DNA of 64,000 nt from Bigelowiella natans CCMP2755 (lineage: Eukaryota > Protista > Cercozoa): assembly GCA_000320545.1 (NCBI GenBank), contig ADNK01000618.1, forward strand, positions 62,001 through 126,000. Reading direction: 5' to 3'. A program made the position numbers and the translations under genes. Positions 54,133 to 64,000 of the stretch are shown piece by piece. Below the pieces are notes generated by a model, which made no database searches, was not told where the DNA came from, and saw only the letters and a list, made by a program, of their open reading frames with translations. Within the stretch, counting starts at the first letter, position 1, and each line of letters begins with the position of its first letter.

Positions 54133-54390
54133 GAGACGGATGTAATGAATTGATTAAATCTTTTCAATACTAGCTTGTGTTGTGTCTATTTGTCTCTGAA
54201 ATTATGAGTAATATATATGACGCACACCCCACAAGGCACAGCGTGTTCAACTGCTTGTATCGTTGTTATATAAGTGTATTATAGTATGTGTGCATCACAT
54301 ACGATACGTAAGCGCTGTAGCCGCTCGTTCGCACAACTACATTAGGATGACCATTGAAAAGATTTGGTGACACTTCATTACATCCGTCTC
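54133..54390. mobile_element. Short inverted-repeat (MITE-like) element, copy B
   Basis: Begins gagacggatgtaatgaa and ends ttcattacatccgtctc (perfect 17-nt terminal inverted repeat). Internal ctacattaggatgaccattgaaaaga is shared with the other copies. Confidence 0.75.
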
Positions 54391-55051
54391 GCAACATACG
54401 CACGTGGCCACGTTCTAGCGTTACTGTACAGTATATTTAGGCTAGAGCTAGCGCAGCAATACGCACTAATGTGTGGCGCATGATACACATGCTTCTAGAT
54501 ATGCACAGCTGTTGTGTCTGTTGTCAGCGCTCTAATAATAGCAAGCAGTGCAAAGATGAGTACATGTCAGTAATAAACGCGAAGGCCGTATATGCTATTT
54601 GTGCGACTCTGTATGTGTATTTACATTTGTCATAGCCGTGTGAATGACGGCGAATGCATTACATATTACGACGTTTAAATTATGGCCTAAGTAGACATGA
54701 AGTACTCAACCTACGAGCAGGCCAATTCAATCATTATTCGCCTGCTAGAACATGCTTAGATGGTTAATCCATAAGGCCCTCTTTTGCCATTGTTATTCGT
54801 AAGATATCATAATCGATCTACTCGGACGCTTTGAAGCACATATCGATATAGTACACCATTACCCTTGTCTTCCATTACATCTAATCTCTGGAAAAGTGCT
54901 TTTATCGCTCTGCATCAATATCTACCTTTAATGATTCGCTATCATCCGAGGAGTGGCTTTATCAATCCGATGTGCTGTATCCTTTCTCTCCATGCCCCTC
55001 CTATGTTACTGCTACAACTACATCCTATTCTCTCGCCACAGCTTTCTTCTC

Positions 55052-56290
55052 CTAATCGCAACTGCTACCTTGCCTCGTCCTCGTCTTTCTCTCCCTCTTT
55101 GCGGATATTTTGATCAATCTGGCCTCCCCACTCATGCCCTTTGCAAGGTCCTGGTGGCAGAAGAAACGCCTAGTGGGGAGGGGCAGGTCCTCGATCCTAT
55201 AATCCCCACGGCTGCTATCACCGGCACCGAGGAGGCGTTCTCTGAGGAGTGTCTGAAAAAGGCTGTACGTTTCAAGGTTCCTGAGCATGTTGACGAGGTA
55301 AATGGCCTCAACTCTCGCCTTTTTGATACATGTTTCCAGCACGTTGATAAGTCCAGGAATGATGTCCGGTGAGTACACAAGATCAGAACCGATTACGACG
55401 TCGGGAGGATACACGCAGACCTCCTCTTCCTCATAGCTACACCAGTCTAGCTTCGACACCGTCAGCCCTGACTCAGCGTCAAAGCACTCAGCGCCGCCGC
55501 TCTTATCTCTCACACGCTCCGCGTTGATTTTCAGGTTGGCTTTGAGTGTTGCCAGTCCCTTCTCGTCGAAGTCAGTAGCCTCCACTCGCCGCGGCCCCAG
55601 GCTCATCAAAACCGATGATGCGAACCTTTGATGATTGATTTGACATAATCGGCACAATGATTGATGATGATGATGATGATGATGATTATGAGGAAAGAGG
55701 TTCTTGTAAGACCGACATATCGTCATGCAAAACGAAGGGGGAGAATGATGACGACGACGATGATGATGATGATGTATTGTACCCGGTGCCTGAGCCGAGC
55801 TCCATGACAGCCTTCCCTTTGAACAATTTAGGATTCTCGAGCATAAATTCTACCAGTGTCAGCGCCGCCGGCCAAAGATACGTCGATATGCTTGAGAACG
55901 ATGATGCTGCATATGACATATTATGTATTATATAAATAATCCTCACATCGTTAACTCTGTTACACAAAAATCATCAGTGAAATCGCAGCAGTCTCAATCG
56001 AGACTGGGTTTATATTTGGAAATATCTCTCTTTGGAATTTTGCCATTCTTTTCTTGTTTCTCTTCTTCTTCTTCTTCTTCTTCTTCTTCTTCTTCCTCTG
56101 GTTCCGCGTGCTGTTGGTCCTCAACCTGATGCAAGAGTCACTGTTGTCCACGTTTTCTTCGATGTTTTGCCTTCGAAGCTGCCAACCTCAAAGTCATAGG
56201 AACGAAAGTGCTTTTCCTCCGCGGCACCTATATAAAATACGACCATAACGATGTGTGAAAGTATAAACGCATGCATATGAAAATATCTAA

Positions 56291-56332
<42 letters not shown>

Positions 56333-56465
56333 AATGAGATGGTTGTATTTCTCACCCATACGTGAAATATATCACTCACATCTATCTGTGCTTACCCCCC
56401 CTCTCTCTTCTCTTATGTCATTGAATTTGGGGAAAAGGAGGGCGAAAGAGGGGGAGAGAGAGGGG

Positions 56466-56507
<42 letters not shown>

Positions 56508-58268
56508 AGAGTACGTTACCTCCATTCTTTTTGAGGCAAAGATCGGCCTGATATTGGATGATGGCTTCGTAGGGCTCACAGTTGAGATCCTCGACAAGGG
56601 TGACAAGGGCATTAACCAATTCCTTACGATATGGTAGCGAGGGTGGGTACTTCTGCACTATCGTATCAGAGAGAACCTAATCATTCAATGATGAAAGGAG
56701 GTCAATAAAGAGGGGTAGTAGTAGTAGTAGTAGTAGTAGTTGTTGTTTTATATATACTAACGCCAGATAAGCATTGTCCATCCTACCTCATTGCATCATC
56801 ACCACATCACCACAATCCAGCAAAACAGCAGCACTACAATCATCATCATCGTCATCATCATCATCATCATCATTATAGTTATACCCGCTCGTATAGCATA
56901 CGCTGGAAGGAGAGGTGCCAATACATTCTGCTTATTCTGCTCACATGAGCTGCTGCAGAGATCATTTCTTCATTGTCTTCTTTCCCATTTTCATTTTTTA
57001 CAAATTCACATGTTTGCTTGTGCTCCTTCCCCTCCTTCTCCTCCTCCTTCAAGTGTGCATTTTCTCTCTCCTCTAACACCGATAAACCACTACTCTCCGA
57101 GGGAGAGGAAAGAGATCTTCCCACAACCAACTCCTGATGGTTAATAAGGAGATCAAATACGTGCACCTACACTCACATCGCAGCAGCTACTGGTGTTACT
57201 GCTGCTGCGGCTGCTGCTACTGATGATGATGATACCTGCATGAGCGCCTTCACGGGTCTCATTTGACGATAGCTATGTAGGGCATTTCGGCAGATCTCTC
57301 GCCGCTTGTTGTGGATAGCGCGCCAAACATCGAGGAACTGTTTGATCCGGGATTTCGTGGCCATGTCGCTAATGCTAGAGGATGAAGCGGTGGAGGCTAG
57401 GTGTGTAGGGGATGACGGAGAAGAGGAGGGCTCATCTTCATTGCTGCTGTCATTGTGCATGAATACGTGCACCACGAGAAATGCCAGCAAGTCAGGGACA
57501 TCTGGAAGCTCCTGGAGAAGAAGTAGGAAGGTGAGAGGAGGAGGAGAACAAAGAAGAATAGGAATTGAGACATCGTCGTGTTCTAATTTCACTGCCTTTG
57601 GTTTAACTCCTTTTTTAATCATTTGAATCATCACCTCTGCTCCACCAACATCCGGGAGAATATGGTAGTAGTCCCGCAGAATGGATACCTGTGGTATAGA
57701 GGAGCTTGGTATACAAACTTATCATTCTCTTCTCTTAAAAACACAGGTACTAACTGCATCCTAGCTCTCTGATGGAAAAATTGGAATTTAACTTCAAGTT
57801 TGTTGCTATTTCTGCTAATCACTTCAATCGTTCCTTCTACTTCCCTACGATATTACATCACGACGTACCAGGAGAGAGTGGGAGGTATACGTATCCAAAG
57901 TGGGATCCACAGATCGCATGCCATTCTCCACCGCTTTAAGGTGTGCTTTCACCTCAGAAGAGGTGGCTACTTGTTGAGAAGGAAGCGAGGCGACCTCGAC
58001 GGTGGCCTTGGACACCGTGCGAGAACCCGATTTCACGACCAGCGACACTTTGTCTAAACAAATTGGGAGGAAACAAGAAGGATAGAATGATACACATAAC
58101 TATGGAGATTATGGAGATGATAGATGCAGTAAACAGTCATCATGAACACGCGGCATTACGCACGTGGTCGTCCGTTGTTGGATCCTCTCGGGACAGCGGA
58201 AGCAGCTTGGTGTGGCTCATTGTCGGCATTGTCGCCACCACAATTAGAGGGAGTATACAGAAGCTCAT
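55052..58268 (-). CDS. EEF2KMT/FAM86-like protein-lysine methyltransferase with long N-terminal extension
   Basis: VQKYPPSLPYRKEL (FAM86-like), YLWPAALTLVEF, AVMELGSGTG, ATDFD, LDWC, DVVIGSDLVY (family-16 methyltransferase motifs). Confidence 0.82.
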
Positions 58269-58779
58269 AGGGTCCGTCACGTTGCTTCGTCTCCCTCCGC
58301 GGGTCGATCCCTTCTAAAACGCCGTCCATCTATCAGCGCCGTGGAGAGCGCATAGACCCCATCTTTACAAAAACAAATGATTGGAAGTCAGAGAAACGCA
58401 TCTGAGAACAGACGCCCAGGACTGGCATAACAGCAGCGATTGAAGACCGAGAGTTGTTTTGGAATCGGAAGCCCCCTTCCCTGGAAACCCAGTGTGTTGC
58501 AGAGATAAGTTGAACCCCCCCCCGCGAAACTATCGGAGCAAACCTTGTCCACGTTGCCGTTCCGTTCTGCTTCGATTTTCCCCAGAATCTGTTGTCGCAG
58601 AGGCATTTTGGCATCAGAGAAGGAAAATCAATATTATGTCGACATTGTGACACTATGAGCGGGTTTTATGAACTGCGTCATGGATATCGAGGTACTTTTA
58701 ACGGAAATTGCCGTCTCTACCCTACCCTTCGCATTCCTACCCCATCTCTGAATCTTCTCAAGTGCCAGGCTTTCTGCGC

Positions 58780-61431
58780 ATGATGCTGGCTGTAACGAAG
58801 CTGTTCGGGCTGCTGCTTCTGGTCCACTCCGATGGGAAGCTTCCATCGATCCCTCGAGCTTGTCTCCCTCCGCACGACAAATATAAGTTTTGTGACACGA
58901 GTTTGAGTATCGAGGACCGGGTTGGAGATCTGATCTCAAAGCTAACTCTTGAGGAGAAACCTTATCTCCTTACCGCCAGGGAGTCACCAAAGGGGAACAT
59001 TTCGAGATTAGGTACGAATTGTCGTATTATCACGCGTACCAACTATACTGATGATTTTCAATTTTACAACAACATTCAGGCATTCCTGAATATGATTGGG
59101 GCGGAAATTGCATCCACGGTGTCCAATCTAATTGTGCAAAGGACGGGAGGTTAGTCATCGTTTTTACTTCTTTCCGCAGCCTTTGAATGTCTGTGGTTGG
59201 CATTACATTGCAGTATAACGCCTCGAAAAGCACAAAAAACCTGCATATGATCCATTTTCTTCTCTCACCATCATTACTCATTCAGATGTCCAACGTCGTT
59301 CCCAAATCCTAACGCATTGGGAGCTACTTTCAACCGCACAGTTTGGAGGACGATGGGATCTGTGATTGGGCGCGAGCTTCGATCCCTCTGGCTGCAAGGC
59401 GTGGGGGAAGCTCACGAATCTAACTTGCCGCACATTGGGCTAGACTGTTGGTCACCCAACATTGGTGTCGTGAGGGATCCACGATGGGGGCGAAACCTTG
59501 AAACGCCGAGTGAAGATCCCCTTGTTTGTGGCTACTTCGGGTCCGAATACTCGCTAGGACTCCAAAACGGGGAGGACGATCGATTCCTTCAGGCCGTTAC
59601 GACGCTCAAGCACTTTACCGCAAATTCACTTGAGGGCCCTTGGAACCAGGATGGGAGCTATGGCGGTAATATGACCCGCCACACCGTAGACCCTTCGATC
59701 TCGATGTACGATCTGCACTCCACCTACCTACCAGCATTTAAGCGCGCCGTCGAGGAAGGAGAGGCAAAGGGCGTCATGTGCAGCTACAACGCGATCAATG
59801 GTGTGCCTAGCTGCGCCAACAATCTACTATTGCAAGATATCCTAAGAGATACCTGGGGCTTCGACGGTTACGTGACTTCTGACTCTGGCGCGGTGGCGGA
59901 CATCCTTGAGACCCATGGCTATGAGGGCGACTGGAACCACACCGTCGCCGCTGCGATCGTGGCGGGCTGCGATGTGGAGAGCGCAAGCTGGCCCAAGGAC
60001 CACCCGTGGGCGACAGGAAGCCCTTACATCGACTACATCCCGGACACTGTGAGAACGGGTATGCTATCAGAGCGAGCCCTCGACGCTGCCGTCGCAAACT
60101 CACTTAGTATCCGTATGAGGCTAGGGCTGTTCGACCCGATCGAGGACCAGCCATATTGGCACGTGGGACCGGAGGAAGTACGCTCTGACGCTAATGTGAA
60201 GGCTGCCATAGATGCAACGGTGCAGGGCCTTGTTCTCCTGTCAAATGAGGCAAAGGAAGAGAACGAGGAGGAGCGCGGAGGGCAGAAAGCCACCACAGAA
60301 GCAGAAGCAGCTGCTACTCTTCCCATCCCTCCAGGCTCCAGTATCGCAGTTGTGGGCCCGCATGCCAACGCACGGGCCGTGCTGCTGGGAAACTATCTAG
60401 GCCAAGTCTGTTCTGATTATTACAACAGTAAATCGTGTGTGGAGACCGCCTTCGAGGCTATCTCGGCCCGTAATTCCAAGGGAGGTGGGAAGACCTTCAA
60501 CGCCACTGGCTGCGACGTCAACTCCACGAGTACTGAGGGCTTTGAGGCAGCGCTAGAGGCAGCTGGGAAGGCTGAATACGTTGTTTTCATTGGGGGGCTC
60601 GACCTCGATATTGAACGAGAGGGCAGGGATCGCCCTGAAATATTTTTGCCGGGTCAACAACCAAACCTTCTCGGCAAATTGCTGTCTCTCCCCCATCGCC
60701 CTAAGGTGGTCCTTGTGCTAATCCACGGTGGGGTTGTGACTCTGGAAAGCTCCTTGCTAGACCGTATTCCGGCCGTCATCAGCGCAGGATATCCCGGCTT
60801 CTACGGGGCTTCGGCGATTGCAAAAGCACTCATAGACGTGTCAGAAACGGACCTGGCGGTGAATCGATGGGGAAGGACTCCTGTCACATGGTACTCTCAT
60901 GAAGGATGGGCATCTGCGGCATTTGATATGCTATCCTTCGATATGGCAGCAAGTCCTGGCCGCACGCACCGCTATTACACCGGTACCCCAGCCTATGACT
61001 TCGGTCACGGGCTCTCATACGCAACCTTCAAGCTCGCGGGGAAAGCGGGGGAGGAGGAGAAGGTCAATGGAGGAAAGTCAGTTGTGAAAATCCTCGTTGA
61101 TGCTGCCAATGAGGACTCCCGGAGGGAAGGTGATGTGGTCCTGCTTGCGTTCGTAAAGGGGAAGAACGGTACTATTCCAGCGTCGGAACCAGCAGCGAAT
61201 GTGAGACAGACACTCTTCGGATTTCAAAGGATTGGGCCACTGTCACCGGGAGCAGCTCAAACGGCTACGTTCACTCTAGATCTCGAGAATTTAGCCCAAT
61301 TCGACAAGAACGGCAAGCCTACCGTCTTTGACGGTGCTTACCAGATTGTTGTGCGGGACGGTAATGAGGGTCAAGTTGTGATCGATAACGTACACTGCTC
61401 ACTCGAAAAAGGTTGCTCCCTGACACAATAG
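58780..61431 (+). CDS. Glycoside hydrolase family 3 beta-xylosidase-like, secreted
   Basis: Signal peptide; FCDTSLSIEDRVGDLISKLTLEEK, ISRLG|IPEYDW, TSFP, RDPRWGRNLETPSEDP, KHF, VMCSYNAING, GYVTSDSGA (nucleophile Asp), EREGRDR, FGHGLSY. Two short 5' introns. Confidence 0.95.
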
Positions 61432-62210
61432 TAAGCCGTCTCGAATGCATTAATCACTTGGAGCAAAGTTGAGCTACTACGTCTGAAGCAGAATTTTGCG
61501 GATCCCATGGATACATGATCTCGTACCTATTAGTTCAGTCATTTGTTGTAGCAGCAGTACCCATGGTGACTGTCAGGTGATATTTTGATGTGAATAAGCT
61601 GGTCTAACTTACCAAATTGCTTGCCGATGTCACCGACGAGATTTCATGCAATGCATGCTGCACTATCGCGCTTCTGGCGTGATAGGCCATACGCCGATGC
61701 AGCAAAGCGATGGGCGGCTACAGTATGCTGCTGATTTAGCTATAAAAATAGATATCGAGAAGTAAAAATTGTCGCCATTGCTATGCGTACTAGTAGTATA
61801 GCACTACACATGCAGTACATCCATCATAGTAAATGTGTTATAGAAATGGCGACTATGCATAATAGCCTGGTCATCACCGAACGACAATGCGTATCGGCTG
61901 TGCATGATGGGTTTTATTTATTCGTCTCGCGAAGATTGGGTGCTTTTTCTCCTCTAGTCCTCGTTGATGTACGTGCCATGCCATGCATGCACATTGCGAT
62001 GCTGTGATCCAGTGCACACTGCACGCTGTTCTAGTATTGCTAGATTATTGTGTACGCATGACGACGCTGATCGGTAGACGTAAAGTCGTCCGTATTAGTT
62101 TTGACTTTTGTATAATACTTGAGTGCATACACACAAGTTGGCTACAGCTACTGTATGTGACAACAGCGGTTCCCATCGCATTGATTTACATTTATTACTA
62201 ATTATTGATT

Positions 62211-62929
62211 TTATTTCAGACCGCTTGTTGTCCGTATATTCCTCACACGTTTTCGCTTCTTACTTCGTTTCTTGAACCCAACACTCATCGGCTCTCTCTT
62301 GACCTGTGGTTTGCCCTCTTGCTTCACTTGAGGCGTCTCGTCCTTTTCGTTGTCCTCCTCGACGTCAAGTCCATAGTCATCAGCCTAGTTTTAAATAGTA
62401 ACGCGTGAATATGTTGAGAGAGGGATCACGTTAAATAGTAACGCGTGAATATGTTGAGAGAGGGATCACGCACATGCACACGGAGAGGAAGACAGAGAGA
62501 GAGAGTTAGAGAGAGTTAGAGAGAGCGAGCATAGTGTCAGCAGAAAGAGGCCGAAACAGCATCGAATCAGGGTTTTCATGATATGATACATAATTGGAAA
62601 ATTGGAAATAGTTATTTATGTGTGCTTCTTTCGTACAGCAGCCCTAATTCTTAGAATGATGTCTGTTCATGTTGATCACGATGTTGGTTCTGCTGCTTAT
62701 TTTTATTGTTGTTGTTGTAATTACATCTACGTCCTTGAATCGGGAGCTAAAACCCAGAAACTTTGACCCGCCGCTGTACTTGTCCGCCCGATTGATTGTC
62801 CCTAGTCCACCGCCCAACTGATTGATTGATTGATTGATTGATTGAGGAAATGGCGATAGTTAGTAACGGTTGAATAATGCCTTCTTTCGCTAAGAAAGCG
62901 CAAGATCAGATAAGGGATGAGGAAGGGAC

Positions 62930-62968
<39 letters not shown>

Positions 62969-63527
62969 GCTGAAGACGCTCTTTGTTCCATATATGTTAA
63001 TCCTGTCATCATCTTGAACCTTTCTCTTCTTCTTCTCTTTTTCACGTTGTTTGAGCTTTCTGGCATTCTCCGCCCATACCCCCTTTTGTTGTTGCGGCGC
63101 GCAGCAGGAGTGAAGATCAGGAGAGAATATAGATTTGAGGGGAAATTGTAAGCAGCAATGTATACGATTCAAGAACTCACATCCAATTTTTGTTCTCCCC
63201 CCTTTCCTTTCTCTCTCTTCCCGTTTTCCTAGCTAATTGATAATGACTACTTCGCCTGATTTGACACTGGACCACTGGCCAGCTTCACTTTTGCCCCCAG
63301 CTTGATCACCACCACCATCCTTCATATAAAGAGAGGAGGGAGAGGAGGAGGAGGGCGAGAGAGGGGGGTAGGGGACGGGGAGGAGAAGGAGGAGAGAAAA
63401 CATAATGCAACAATTAACGAAAACTGCATGATGACAGCAGCAAGAGACCAGGTTGGAACATACACATCCTAATAGGAAGGATAAGATCCATCACGATTTC
63501 ATTAATTTGCTGTCATCCCACCTGTTG

Positions 63528-63558
<31 letters not shown>

Positions 63559-64000
63559 ACCGCAACGGCCTCTTCTTTCGATGGCGGCTTCATCCAAAGT
63601 GCAGGCTCCTAGATTCGATCCATAAGCCAATTGGTACAGAATGAGCGCATTGTTCTCATTCTTGTTGTAAAACTATCCACGAGTGGTGATCGGTGTTGTT
63701 TTCAACCATGAGGATGAGGATGAGGATGATGATGATATGATGATCATGGTGTCAATGACTTAGCTGATGTATCAGCACCTCGGTTGTGAAGTCATCGCGG
63801 TCCCGTACTTCCTCATTACCGTAGTCTGTATACCGCACAGTGTACCTGATAGTCACAGTAACGATGATGAGAATCCGAAAATAGGATCGAAAATGATCGA
63901 TCGTATTAGTAATAGTAGTAGTTGAAGTAGTAGTAGTAGTGGGTATATGTTTACTCGTTCGGGTCCTCCTCCGCACGGCTCGCTGTTGAACTACTACTCT
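62211..64000 (-). CDS. Partial gene (3' part): Tudor-domain protein with WBP4/FBP21-like C-terminus
   Basis: Exon YTVRYTDYGNEEV (Tudor), poly-Q, AGQWSSV, and C-terminus VGFKKRSKKRKRVRNIRTTSGLK*. Runs off the window end. Confidence 0.55.
62391..62470. repeat. Perfect 40-bp tandem duplication in an intron
   Basis: ttaaatagtaacgcgtgaatatgttgagagagggatcacg occurs twice in tandem. Confidence 0.95.

Noticed and set aside
59807-61087. Short ORFs overlapping GH3
   Set aside because: Alternative-frame shadows of a GC-rich coding exon.

Overview
Eukaryotic nuclear DNA, intron-rich and gene-dense, with about 16 protein-coding genes. I saw no prokaryotic features, CRISPR arrays, tRNAs or rRNAs. Most ORFs in the supplied track are artefacts of microsatellite-filled introns, so gene models were rebuilt by hand from GT-AG exons. 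Gene order: PrmA (+), unknown plastid-targeted protein (-), USP deubiquitinase with a duplicated ZnF+Ig-like module (+), SAM-domain protein (-), ABC-F with a bipartite leader and Lys-rich tail (+), a TpA-depleted relic, an intronless CUE/repeat/cold-shock protein (+), a small TM protein (-), LtrA (+), DNALI1 (-), C2-inositol 5-phosphatase-C2 (+), HTTM protein (+), LSM8 (-), centrin-like (+), EEF2KMT/FAM86-like (-), GH3 beta-xylosidase (+), and a partial Tudor/WBP4-like gene (-). Bipartite leaders, flagellar genes and degenerate splice sites suggest a secondary-plastid alga, most plausibly a chlorarachniophyte (inference). Most notable: (1) a candidate periplastid-compartment ABC-F translation factor; (2) near-strict strand alternation, with purine-pyrimidine-rich spacers after gene 3' ends and a shared inverted-repeat element in several tail-to-tail spacers; (3) complementary microsatellites at intron ends; (4) a sharply TpA-depleted tract; (5) unusual domain architectures. 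Exon boundaries are manual and approximate.
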